Assembly (NCBI GenBank): GCA_963725865.1
Contig: CAVSAC010000010.1
Location: 1 to 64,000 of the forward strand
Direction of reading: 5' to 3'
DNA length: 64,000 nucleotides
DNA from: Candidatus Eiseniibacteriota bacterium
GTDB lineage: Bacteria > Eisenbacteria > RBG-16-71-46
A program made the translations under genes and the position numbers. The stretch's first letter is position 1. Each line of letters opens with the position of its first letter. Under the pieces are notes generated by a model that saw only the letters and a program-made list of their open reading frames with translations, ran no database searches and was not told the DNA's origin. Shown here piece by piece: positions 11,806 through 20,956 of the stretch.

Positions 11806-13155
11806 ATGGGCGTTGGACGCCGGGAAGTTCTGATCGGCGGGCTGAGTTTCGGCGTTGCGGCCGCAGCCTGCACGCGCGCGGCCGACGCCGGCGATGCGGC
11901 CGACAATCCGCAAGGCTTCAGCACTTACGGCATTCTGCCCGGAGGCGACCACCTCGACCAGACGGCGACGCTGCAACTTGCCGCCGACCAGGCGGCCGCG
12001 GCCGGAACGCCGCTCTTTCTCCCGGCCGGCGTCTATTCGACCAGTCGCCTCACCCTCAAGTCCGGCACGCAGATCGAAGGTGTGCCCGGGCGCTCGATCC
12101 TCCGCTACCGCGACGGCAATGCGATTGTGAGCATGACGCAGGCGGAGAATGTGCGGCTGGCGGGGCTCGTGCTCGACGGCGGCGCGAAGCTGCTTCCAGA
12201 CGACGGCTCGCTGCTCGCCGCGACCGAGACCAAGCATCTTGACATCGCCAATTGCCGCTTCATCGGCAGCACCGGGGATGGAGTGGTCTTTCGCAAAGTC
12301 TCGGGCTGGATCAAAGATTGCGAGATCGGCGACATCCGCAGAGCAGGCCTCTTCAGCGAGGATGCCGGGGGGGTCCAGATCGCCCGCAACCATGTGCATG
12401 ACTGCGGCGACAACGGCATTTTGGTGTGGCGGTCGGAGGTCGGCGAAGACGGAACCATCGTCACCTCAAACCGCATCGAGCGGATCGCCGCCAAGAGCGG
12501 CGGCAGCGGCCAGAACGGCAATGCCGTCAATGTGTTCCGCGCAGGCTCGGTGATCGTCAACGGCAACCGCATCGAAGATTGCGCCTTCTCCGCGATCCGC
12601 GACAATTCGGGATCGAACTGTCAGATGATCGGCAATTCCTGCACGGGGCTCGGCGAGGTGGCGCTCTATGCCGAATTCTCGTTTGAAGGCGCGGTGATCG
12701 CCAACAATATGGTCGACAAGGCGGCAACCGGCATCGCCATCACCAATTTCAATGAAGGCGGACGGCTGGCCGTGGTGCAAGGCAACCTGATCCGAAATCT
12801 CACCTTCCGCAAGGATGTCGACCGCCGCGGCAACGGCATCGCCATCGAGGCTGACGGCGTGGTGACCGGAAATGTCATCGAGAACGCGCAAGGCTACGGC
12901 ATCGTCGCCGGCTGGCGGAACTACCTCCGTGACTTGAACATCACCGACAATCTGATCCGCAACGCGCATATCGGCATCGGCGTCTCGACCGATCCGTCGG
13001 CCGGCATGGCGCTGATCGCCAACAACACGATCAGCGGATCCAAGGACGGCGCGATCCGCGCCATGGACGGACCGATTCCGATCGGACCCGACCTCGCCAA
13101 GGCAAGCACATCCGCCTACCGCAACCTCGCCATTCATGGAAACGTCTCGCGCTAA
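11806..13155 (+). CDS. TAT-exported right-handed beta-helix repeat protein (TIGR03808-like)
   Basis: Twin-arginine leader GRREVLIGG, LFLPAGVY, many parallel beta-helix repeats, SGQNGNAVNVFRA. Confidence 0.88.
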   Translation: MGVGRREVLIGGLSFGVAAAACTRAADAGDAADNPQGFSTYGILPGGDHLDQTATLQLAADQAAAAGTPLFLPAGVYSTSRLTLKSGTQIEGVPGRSILRYRDGNAIVSMTQAENVRLAGLVLDGGAKLLPDDGSLLAATETKHLDIANCRFIGSTGDGVVFRKVSGWIKDCEIGDIRRAGLFSEDAGGVQIARNHVHDCGDNGILVWRSEVGEDGTIVTSNRIERIAAKSGGSGQNGNAVNVFRAGSVIVNGNRIEDCAFSAIRDNSGSNCQMIGNSCTGLGEVALYAEFSFEGAVIANNMVDKAATGIAITNFNEGGRLAVVQGNLIRNLTFRKDVDRRGNGIAIEADGVVTGNVIENAQGYGIVAGWRNYLRDLNITDNLIRNAHIGIGVSTDPSAGMALIANNTISGSKDGAIRAMDGPIPIGPDLAKASTSAYRNLAIHGNVSR

Positions 13156-13182
13156 GCCCCGGCAACGAATTGGCAATCGCCC

Positions 13183-14241
13183 CTAGCGTTGCGCCAGCAT
13201 TGCGGCCGGGGAACGGAGCGAGCCGAGCGCGCGCTGAAGTTCGGGACTCGCCGCGACGCGTCCCACGCTGGTGCCCCGCCAATTCAAGATCTCGCCGTCG
13301 CGCTGATCGGCAAGCGCCGATCTTGCCTCGGGCAGGAGCGCGGCGATCCCTTCGGCAAGCGCCCGCTCGGCCCCGCGCTTCGCGCCGTCGTCGGCCTTCA
13401 CCGCGATGCCGAGGCCGAGCCCCGGCAATGACGCGCAATGCACGCCTTCGGCGCCGCCCTTGACGAAGACTGAAGGCGCAAGCTTTCCCATCACCAGCGT
13501 ATCGAAACGCCCTTCGCCAGCGACCAGAGTCGGCGCGGCAAAGCACGCTGCCACGAGCCGGTTGGCGGCGCGCGCCCGCTTCTCTGCAAGTCCCTCCCCT
13601 GCGCCGAGCCGGGCGAAGCCGCGCGCCAGCGCGCCAAGCGGAAGCGCCCAAGTCGGCACCGAGCAGCCATCGATCCCCATACGGCTCTGCTCCAATGCGA
13701 TTCCGCAAGTCTCTGAAATGATTCTCGCGATCATGCTTTGGAGCGGATGGTCCGGCCGCTCATAACCGCGCGGATCGAAGCCGAGATGGGCGGCGGCGGC
13801 GAGCATGCCGGCGTGCTTTCCCGAGCAATTATTGTGGATCGCTTGCGGGCGCCGACCTGAGCGCATCAGCTCGCGGGCGGCCTTCTCGCTGACCGGCCAA
13901 TGCGCGCCGCAGGCAAGATAGCTCTCGTTCAGTCCAGCCTTGGCGAGCAGGCTGCGCGCCGCCTCGACATGCATCGTGTCGCCGCTATGGGAGGCGCAGG
14001 CGACCGCAAGTTCGTCATCGCCGAGCCCGAAAGCATCGGCTGCCCCGCTCTCGACCAGCGGAATGGCCTGCATCGCCTTGACCGCCGACCGGGGAAACAC
14101 CGGCCGTGCAACATCGCCGAAGGCAAGCAACAGCCGGCCGTCGGCATCGGAGACGGCGATCGCGCCCGCATGCCGGCTCTCGACGAGGCTGCCTCTGATG
14201 ACCTCGACCAGCGCGGGATTGGCAGTGTTGGTTTCACTCAT
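13183..14241 (-). CDS. L-asparaginase II (Rhizobium etli-type, class 3)
   Basis: RGSLVESRHAG, FPRSAVKAMQA, CASHSG, NNCSGKHAGM, DGCSVP, KGGAEG. Confidence 0.92.
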   Translation of the reverse strand: MSETNTANPALVEVIRGSLVESRHAGAIAVSDADGRLLLAFGDVARPVFPRSAVKAMQAIPLVESGAADAFGLGDDELAVACASHSGDTMHVEAARSLLAKAGLNESYLACGAHWPVSEKAARELMRSGRRPQAIHNNCSGKHAGMLAAAAHLGFDPRGYERPDHPLQSMIARIISETCGIALEQSRMGIDGCSVPTWALPLGALARGFARLGAGEGLAEKRARAANRLVAACFAAPTLVAGEGRFDTLVMGKLAPSVFVKGGAEGVHCASLPGLGLGIAVKADDGAKRGAERALAEGIAALLPEARSALADQRDGEILNWRGTSVGRVAASPELQRALGSLRSPAAMLAQR

Positions 14242-14261
14242 GATAACTTGGGAAGCGTTGA

Positions 14262-14783
14262 TCAGCTCCGCGCGCGCTCCATCTGTCTTGCTGGCGCGCC
14301 CGCCTCAGGCGCGAGCTCGGTGGGCACGCCGGCGGCATGTTTCGAGGCGCGGATGACGAGCGAGGTCTTGACGCTAGCCACATTGGGCGCCGCCGTCAGC
14401 TCATGGATGATGAAATCCTGGAACGCGCTCAGATCGGGCGCCACGCATCTCAGCAGGAAATCGATCTCGCCCGAGAGCATGTAGCAATCGCGCACGATCG
14501 CGGAGCTTCGCGCCCGCTCCTCGAAGGCGATGAGATCGGCCTCGGCCTGGCTGTGCAGCCTGATCATGGCAAAGGCGGTGACATCGAAGCCGAGCGCCCG
14601 GTCGTTGAGGAGCGCGGTGAAGCCTTTGATGATTCCGGCCTCCTCCAGCGCGCGCACGCGACGGAGACATGGCGGCGCCGAGATGCCCACCTTGCGGGCG
14701 AGATCGACATTGGTGATGCGCCCGTCGGCCTGCAATTCGCGCAGGATCCGCCAATCGGTTGCATCGAGACGGGCTGAACGCAT
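14262..14783 (-). CDS. Lrp/AsnC family transcriptional regulator
   Basis: LDATDWRILRELQADGRITNVDLARKVGISAPPCLRRVRALEEAGII plus a RAM domain. Confidence 0.95.
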   Translation of the reverse strand: MRSARLDATDWRILRELQADGRITNVDLARKVGISAPPCLRRVRALEEAGIIKGFTALLNDRALGFDVTAFAMIRLHSQAEADLIAFEERARSSAIVRDCYMLSGEIDFLLRCVAPDLSAFQDFIIHELTAAPNVASVKTSLVIRASKHAAGVPTELAPEAGAPARQMERARS

Positions 14784-14900
14784 CTTGCCTCCCTGGACGA
14801 TTGGCCCGGTAGCGGGCTAGAAGGTCGAACAGCGAGATTTGCGCGCTGCGGCGCCTTCCGCGCAATTTTATATCCTCCAGCCAAAAGAATCGAAAAGAAA

Positions 14901-15947
14901 TTGAGCGGTAATCGTTCCAGAAATTCTACATCAGACGACGCCGCGTCTCTCATTGCCAGCAGCAAGAAGGCGCGCAGCGAGAAGACCTGGATCATCACCG
15001 ACGGCTCGGTGGGGATGGAGGCGCAAGGCATCGCCGTGGCGGAAGCCGTCGGGCTCCCCTTCAGCCTGAGGCGGGTGCGTGTGACCGGGGCGATGAAATT
15101 CGTTCCGGCCCCGCTGCAAATCCTTTTGCCGCCGGCGCGTTTGCTTCGCTCCGTGACTTCGAACGAAAAGCTCGAAACGCCCTGGCCGCGTCTCATCATC
15201 TCCATTGGCCGGCGCAGCGTGCCGATCGCGCTCGCCATCAAGCGACTCTCGAAGCCGCACGCTTTCGCCCTACACATCCAAAATCCGAGAGTGCCCGCTA
15301 GACTGTTCGATCTCATCGCCGCACCCGTGCACGATGGCTTCGAGGCCCCGAACGTCGTCACCACCTTCGGCGCGGTGCATAGCGTCACCGCGGCACGCCT
15401 GGCAGAGGCGGCCAAGCGCTATGCCCCGCGCATCGAGGCCCTGCCCCACCCGCGCATCGCCGTGCTGCTCGGCGGCGAGAGCCAAGCCTTCAGCTTCCCG
15501 CCGGAGAGCGCCGCCTCGTTCGGCGCCAAGCTTGCAAGCCTTGCCCGCGACACTGGCGGCTCGCTCCTCGTCACGCCGTCCCGCCGCACCCGCGCGGACT
15601 CGCTGGCCGCGCTCACCGCCGCCATCAAGGACCTGCCGCACGGCGTTTGGGACAGCACGGGCGAGAACCCCTATTTCGCCTTTCTCGCGCTTGCCGACGC
15701 CATCGTCGTCACCGAGGACTTGGTCAACATGGTCACCGAGGCGGCAGGCACCGGCAAGCCGGTCTATGTGCAGGCGCTCATGGGCCGATCATCGCGGCTC
15801 TCCCGCTTCCACCGCCTCATGCGGGAGCGCGGCGCGACGCGCCCGTTCGAAGGCAAGCTCGAGGCCTGGAGCTACACGCCGATCAACGATACCGAAATCG
15901 TCGCCTCGACCATCAGGCGCGCGCTTGGCCTTGAAATTAAAGGGTGA
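14901..15947 (+). CDS. ELM1/GtrOC1 family putative glycosyltransferase (start uncertain)
   Basis: WIITDGSVGMEAQ, HIQNPR..FDLIAAPVHD, VTPSRRT, ENPYFAFLALADAIVVTED..MVTEA..GKPV. Confidence 0.88.
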   Translation: MSGNRSRNSTSDDAASLIASSKKARSEKTWIITDGSVGMEAQGIAVAEAVGLPFSLRRVRVTGAMKFVPAPLQILLPPARLLRSVTSNEKLETPWPRLIISIGRRSVPIALAIKRLSKPHAFALHIQNPRVPARLFDLIAAPVHDGFEAPNVVTTFGAVHSVTAARLAEAAKRYAPRIEALPHPRIAVLLGGESQAFSFPPESAASFGAKLASLARDTGGSLLVTPSRRTRADSLAALTAAIKDLPHGVWDSTGENPYFAFLALADAIVVTEDLVNMVTEAAGTGKPVYVQALMGRSSRLSRFHRLMRERGATRPFEGKLEAWSYTPINDTEIVASTIRRALGLEIKG

Positions 15948-16040
15948 TCCTCCCCTAAAAGGGGGAGGTCGGCGCGCCTGCTCGCCGGGAGGGGGTCTGG
16001 CCGCCGACCCCTACCCCGGCCCCCCTTGCAGGGGAAGGGA
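15948..16040. repeat. Multi-hairpin palindromic element (REP/RIME-like), copy 2
   Basis: CCTCCCC-TAAAAG-GGGGAGG, GGGAGGGGGTC...GACCCCTACCCC, CCCCCCTTGCAGGGGAAGGGA. Same layout as 11658-11774. Confidence 0.75.
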
Positions 16041-16104
16041 GGAGTAGCTTGCGGATCAATCGCTGTGTGCTTACCTGTTCACTCCTTGCAGGGAAATCGA
16101 TTCC

Positions 16105-17070
16105 ATGACTACCAAGCGACAATCCAAACTGATCATTCTCGGCTCAGGCCCCGCCGGTTACGCGGCGGGCATCTACGCCGCCCGCGCCATGCTGAAGCCG
16201 CTGCTCATCACCGGCAACCAGACCGGCGGGCAGATGACCACCACGACCGACGTCGAGAACTACCCGGGCTTCGCCGACGTGATCCAGGGCCCTTGGCTGA
16301 TGGAGCAGATGCGACTTCAGGCCGAGCATGTCGGCACTGAGATCGTCCACGACACGATCGTCGAGGTCGACCTCAAGCGGCAGCCCTTCCTGCTCAAGGG
16401 CGACAGTCACACTGAGTACACGGCGGACACGCTGATCATCGCCACCGGCGCCAAGGCGCGCTATCTCGGGCTTGCTTCCGAGGACCGGTTCAGGGGCTAT
16501 GGCGTCTCGGCCTGCGCCACCTGCGACGGCTTCTTCTATCGCGGCAAGAAGGTGATCGTGGTCGGCGGCGGCAATACCGCGGTCGAGGAGGCGATCTATC
16601 TCGCCAATATCGCCAGCGAGGTGATCCTCGTGCATCGGCGCGGCGTGCTCCGCTCCGAGAAGATCCTGCAAGAGCGGTTGTTCGCCAACAAGAAGATCAA
16701 CATCATGTGGAATTACGAGCTCGACGAGGTGACCGGCACCGACAAGCCACTTTCCGTCACCGGCGCCAATCTTAAGAGCACGCTGACCGGCGAGATCGTG
16801 CATGTGCCCGTCGACGGCATCTTTATCGCCATCGGCCATGAACCGCAAAGCGAGCTGTTTAAGGGCCAGATCGACATGAAGCCGTCCGGCTATATCCTCA
16901 CCGCGCCGCACTCGACCTCAACCAATATCCCCGGCGTCTATGCCGCCGGCGACGTCGCCGACGACGTCTATCGCCAGGCGGTAACCGCGGCAGGGCTCGG
17001 CTGCATGGCCGCGCTCGAGGCCGAAAAGCACCTGGCCGGCCTCGACACGTTGGCTGTCGCCGCCGAGTAG
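16105..17070 (+). CDS. trxB: Thioredoxin-disulfide reductase
   Basis: GSGPAGY, GGQMTTTTDVENYPGF, SACATCDG, VVGGGNTAVEEA, AAGDVAD..YRQAVTAAG. Confidence 0.98.
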   Translation: MTTKRQSKLIILGSGPAGYAAGIYAARAMLKPLLITGNQTGGQMTTTTDVENYPGFADVIQGPWLMEQMRLQAEHVGTEIVHDTIVEVDLKRQPFLLKGDSHTEYTADTLIIATGAKARYLGLASEDRFRGYGVSACATCDGFFYRGKKVIVVGGGNTAVEEAIYLANIASEVILVHRRGVLRSEKILQERLFANKKINIMWNYELDEVTGTDKPLSVTGANLKSTLTGEIVHVPVDGIFIAIGHEPQSELFKGQIDMKPSGYILTAPHSTSTNIPGVYAAGDVADDVYRQAVTAAGLGCMAALEAEKHLAGLDTLAVAAE

Positions 17071-17077
17071 ATCGACA

Positions 17078-17206
17078 TCACGACTTGGTCGGCCACACCA
17101 TGATCGGCACTGAGCTGACCGAGTTCGCGGGCGAGCCCTCGATCAGCTTCGCGCTGATGGCGAGATAGATCAACGCGTTGCGCTTGAGGTCCGGAATTCG
17201 GTAGAT
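17078..17206 (-). CDS. creA: CreA family protein, 3' fragment only (cut at the junction)
   Basis: Manual translation [42 protein letters not shown] resembles the CreA C-terminus (KLIEGSPxNSxSxVP). Confidence 0.75.
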   Translation of the reverse strand: MYRIPDLKRNALIYLAISAKLIEGSPANSVSSVPIMVWPTKS

Positions 17207-17208
17207 GG

Positions 17209-17457
17209 CGCTCCGGACTCGCCGCGCGCCACGGCATCACGCTCGCCAACAGTCCCGCCACCATCGACTCGGACTTCCGCGGCGAGATCTCGATCGCGCT
17301 CGTCCATCATGGGCACGCGCCGTTCGTCGTGGAGCGCGGCATGCGCATCGCCCAGATGGTGCTGGCGCGGGTGCCGGTGCTCGAGTGGGACGAGGTGGAG
17401 CAGCTCTCGCCGACGGCGCGCGGAGCGGGCGGCTTCGGTCACACCGGCGTGGAGTGA
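17209..17457 (+). CDS. dut: dUTP diphosphatase, 3' half only (cut at the junction)
   Basis: Manual translation [27 protein letters not shown]...RIAQMV...[12 protein letters not shown] covers motifs 2-5. No start codon and no motif 1. Confidence 0.93.
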   Translation, partial: RSGLAARHGITLANSPATIDSDFRGEISIALVHHGHAPFVVERGMRIAQMVLARVPVLEWDEVEQLSPTARGAGGFGHTGVE

Positions 17458-17473
17458 GGCGCCGGGCGACCCG

Positions 17474-19093
17474 CTACTCGCGCCGCACCAGCAGCAGTGT
17501 GACGTCGTCCGCGCGCGGCGTGCCGGCGGCGAACGCGTCGACGTCCGCCAGCAGCGCCTGCGCCGTCACGCCGAGCGCCACGTCGCGGCCGGCGCCCCGC
17601 AGCATCGCCGCGAGCCGCTCGTCGCCGTAGAACTCGCGGCCGCACATCGCCTCCGGGATGCCATCGGTGTAGAGCGCCAGCGTCTCGCCCGGTGCCAGCG
17701 TGGCGGTCGCGGCTTCGTACGGGAATTGCTCCAGCATCGCCACCGGGATCCCGGTCGCCGCGAGCTCGCGCAGTCCCGCGGGGCCGACGATCAGCGGCGG
17801 GTTGTGTCCCGCGTTGCAGTAGTGGAGCGCGCCGCTCGCGGGATCGAGGCAGCCGACGAACAGCGTCACGAACCGGCCCGCCTCGGTGGAACGGAACAGC
17901 ACGGCGTTGAGCCGCGTCACCAGCTCCGCGGGATCGTGACAGCTGTCGTACAGCACGCGGGCCGACGAGAGCGTCGACGACATGAGCAGCGCCGCGCCCA
18001 TCCCCTTGCCCGAGACGTCGCCGATTACCACCACCAGCCGGCCGTCGGTGCGGCGGTGGAGGTCGTACAGGTCGCCCCCCACCTCGTAGCACGTCTCGAG
18101 ACGTGCCAGGCAATCCACGCCCGGGCACTCCGGCAGCGCGCACAGCAGGCTGCGCTGGATGCGCGCCGCGGTCTCCAGCTCCTGCACCATGCGGCGGCGC
18201 GCGGCGTCGGATTCCAGCAGGCGTGCGTTGGTGATCTTCACCGCCGCCATGTTCGCCAGCACGGTGAGCACCTCGAGGTGCTGGTCGTCGTACTGCACCC
18301 GCGGATCGGTGGTGTCGGCGTAGAGCGCGCCCAGCACCCGCTCGTTGTCGAACAACGGCACCGCCATCGCCGAGCGGATCGATTGCGCGACGATGCTCGC
18401 CTGGCCCTGGAAGCGCGGATCGAGCGAGGCGTCGCGGGTGACCACCGAGGTGCAATCGTCCAGCACGCTGGCGAGGATGGTGCGCGAGAGCGCGAGCGGC
18501 TCCTGCGTCGGGCGTCCCATGTGGCGGACCGCGAACTGCACCGGCTCGGCGTCCGGCGTCTCCCGCAGCAGCAGCACCAGGCGCCGCGCGGGCACCGCGC
18601 GCTCGACCACGCCCAGCACCGCGTCGCAGGTCTCCTGCAGCGGGCGCGGCAACACCAGCATCTGCCCGGCTTCGGCGAGCAGTCCCACCAGCCGCGCCGA
18701 TGCGGCTCCGCGGCCGCTCGCTCCGGAGATGATGTCGCGCGCGGCCATCCGCACCGAGGAGTCGATACCGGCCGACTCGCTGAAGCGGGTGGCGTCCGGG
18801 GCCTTCCCGCCTCCGACGCGCACCTGGACCTGGCCGAACTCGAGCACGTCGCCGTCGGCGATCGGCACCGCGTCGCGGACCTCGGCGCCGTTCCGCCGCG
18901 TTCCGTTGCGGCTGCCGAGATCCCGCAGCGTCCAGTTCTCGCCGGTCCGGACGAGCTCCGCATGGTCCTTCGAGACGGTGCTGTCGCCGAGCTGGATGGT
19001 GCAGCGCGACGAGCGACCGATCCGGATCGCATCGCCGGTGAGGGGCCAGCTGAGGCGCTGGTCGGCGACCGTGGCGGAGAGCTGGAGCGTCAT
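17474..19093 (-). CDS. FHA-GAF-PP2C (SpoIIE/RsbU-like) phosphatase
   Basis: FHA (IGRSS..VSKDHA..DLGSRNGT), GAF (IRSAMAVPL), PP2C (VGGDLYD, GDVSGKG, NAGHNPP, YTDGIPE, DDVT). Confidence 0.92.
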   Translation of the reverse strand: MTLQLSATVADQRLSWPLTGDAIRIGRSSRCTIQLGDSTVSKDHAELVRTGENWTLRDLGSRNGTRRNGAEVRDAVPIADGDVLEFGQVQVRVGGGKAPDATRFSESAGIDSSVRMAARDIISGASGRGAASARLVGLLAEAGQMLVLPRPLQETCDAVLGVVERAVPARRLVLLLRETPDAEPVQFAVRHMGRPTQEPLALSRTILASVLDDCTSVVTRDASLDPRFQGQASIVAQSIRSAMAVPLFDNERVLGALYADTTDPRVQYDDQHLEVLTVLANMAAVKITNARLLESDAARRRMVQELETAARIQRSLLCALPECPGVDCLARLETCYEVGGDLYDLHRRTDGRLVVVIGDVSGKGMGAALLMSSTLSSARVLYDSCHDPAELVTRLNAVLFRSTEAGRFVTLFVGCLDPASGALHYCNAGHNPPLIVGPAGLRELAATGIPVAMLEQFPYEAATATLAPGETLALYTDGIPEAMCGREFYGDERLAAMLRGAGRDVALGVTAQALLADVDAFAAGTPRADDVTLLLVRRE

Positions 19094-19371
19094 GACCTCG
19101 GGTCTCGACCGGGGCGGTCCGGAGCGGCCGCGTGCGGGCCGACGGACGGGCGGGCGGCGGTGAAGGGTGCGGGCGTGGAGCCGTGGGGCAGCGGCATGCG
19201 GAGGCACTCTAGCGAAGCGGCGGCCGGACCGGAACGACATTCGTCCGCTCCCGCCCCGGCGGATCGGGTTGCACCGCGACCGCGGTCGGCGGTACAGGTG
19301 CGGGTACGAGTGGTCGCAGCCCCGGCGGCACGGAGGTCCCACCCGCCGCGCCGACGTCCCGAGGAGAACCC

Positions 19372-19797
19372 ATGACCGAATCGCAGAGCTCCCCCGTCGC
19401 GGCCGCCGCGGACGAACTGCCCGCGCAACTCACCTATCCCGGCCGCCCCGCCACGCCGGCCAGCCTCACGGTTCTGCGGCGGGACCGCCGACAGCGGATC
19501 GGCCGCGCGCTGCGGGCGCTCGGGATCTGCTGGGGCCTGGCGGTCGCCAGCGTGCTGGTGCCCGTGCTGCACTTCCTGCTGGTGCCGGGCTTCCTGATCG
19601 CCGGCCCGCTGCTCGCGAGCTACCGGTGGGGCGAGCACCTCACCGTCCTGGCGGTGCGCGGCGAGTGCCCGGGGTGCGGCGCCGCCCAGGGCATCAAGAT
19701 CGGCCTGCCGCCGACGACGCGCATGCCCCTGAGATGTGAGAGCTGCCGTCGGCAGCTCATCCTGGAGCCGGGCGAGGAGGCGCTGAGGCGGCGCTGA
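19372..19797 (+). CDS. Small membrane protein with C-terminal CxxC/CxxC zinc-ribbon
   Basis: GAGGAG SD before ATG, two hydrophobic segments around VPVLHFLLVP, then CPGC...CESC. Confidence 0.75.
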   Translation: MTESQSSPVAAAADELPAQLTYPGRPATPASLTVLRRDRRQRIGRALRALGICWGLAVASVLVPVLHFLLVPGFLIAGPLLASYRWGEHLTVLAVRGECPGCGAAQGIKIGLPPTTRMPLRCESCRRQLILEPGEEALRRR

Positions 19798-19990
19798 GCC
19801 GGCGAACGATCGAACGCAAGCCCCTGTCCGACAGTCCGCTGGGCGCGGCGATGCAGGTCCCGCTCGAGCTGCGCGGGCAAGCGTCCGGGCATGAAGTCGG
19901 CGTCGACGCTGGCCGATGACTCGCTGCATGCGCGCCAGAAGTGACGCCCCTCTGACATGTCCCCGGGAGTCGTGTGGGAGCTTGCGCCGC

Positions 19991-20956
19991 ATGCTCACGC
20001 GCGCCACTGCCCTCGTGCGAGCGGACCGCCTCGCGCTCGCGCTCGCCTTCGCCGTACTGCTCGGGGTCGTCCCGGCACACGCCGCGGAACCGCCGGTCGG
20101 CGACGACCGCACCGCGGATCCGGTGGTCGTCGTGGCGCCGGCGGATTCCACCCGCGACCTGGTCCGCCAGTGGATCGGACTGTCCGGCAACCTGCGCGCG
20201 ATCATCAGCACGCCGGCGCAGATCTTCGGACTCCCGGTGCTGCGCGCGCTGGTGCCGTTCCTCGACGATCGCGCGCCGGGCGTGCTGGACCTGCCGCTGG
20301 TGGCGCCGGACGGCGAACCGCTGCGATTGCTCGCGCTGATCCCGTTCCAGGACAAGGGCGGCACCCGCCTCGGTCCCTACCGGCTCGGGCGCTGGCCGCA
20401 GGAGCGGCGCGCCTCCGCCTCGCGCTACGACACCCCGGACGGCTTCATCGAGGTCACGCCCGAGAACGAGGACACGCCGGTCTCCAAGCGTTTCCGACTC
20501 CGCGACTTCCTCACCCACGACCAGACCGCGGTGTGGCCGAAGTACCTCGTGCTGCGCCCGCTGCTGCTCGACAAGCTCGAGCTGATCGCCGACGAACTCG
20601 AGCGCTCGGGACTGCCGAGCGATCTGCACGTGCTGTCGGGGTTCCGTTCTCCCCAGTACAACGCGGTCATCCGTAAGACGGCGCGCGCGCGCGCGATCGG
20701 ACCGGCGCGCGACAGTCGGCACATGTACGGCGACGCGGCGGACATCGTGGTGGACGCCGACGGGGACGGTCGCATGGACGACCTCGACGGCGACGGGCGC
20801 GTGACCACGCGCGACGCGGTGCTGTTGCGCAGCATCGTGGACCGTATCGAGGGCGAGCACCCCGAGCTCACCGGCGGGGTCGGCACCTACCGCTCCACGC
20901 GGGCGCACGGTCCGTTCGTCCACGTCGACGTGCGCGGTTCCCGCGCCCGCTGGTAG
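19991..20956 (+). CDS. Secreted peptidase M15A (D-Ala-D-Ala metallopeptidase family)
   Basis: Signal-like N-terminus, SGFRSPQYN, SRHMYGDAAD, FVHVDVRG. Confidence 0.85.
   Translation: MLTRATALVRADRLALALAFAVLLGVVPAHAAEPPVGDDRTADPVVVVAPADSTRDLVRQWIGLSGNLRAIISTPAQIFGLPVLRALVPFLDDRAPGVLDLPLVAPDGEPLRLLALIPFQDKGGTRLGPYRLGRWPQERRASASRYDTPDGFIEVTPENEDTPVSKRFRLRDFLTHDQTAVWPKYLVLRPLLLDKLELIADELERSGLPSDLHVLSGFRSPQYNAVIRKTARARAIGPARDSRHMYGDAADIVVDADGDGRMDDLDGDGRVTTRDAVLLRSIVDRIEGEHPELTGGVGTYRSTRAHGPFVHVDVRGSRARW

Noticed and set aside
17190..17215. Horizontal-transfer boundary
   Set aside because: Both flanking genes are cut mid-sequence and both sides carry core genes of different lineages, which fits an artefact better.
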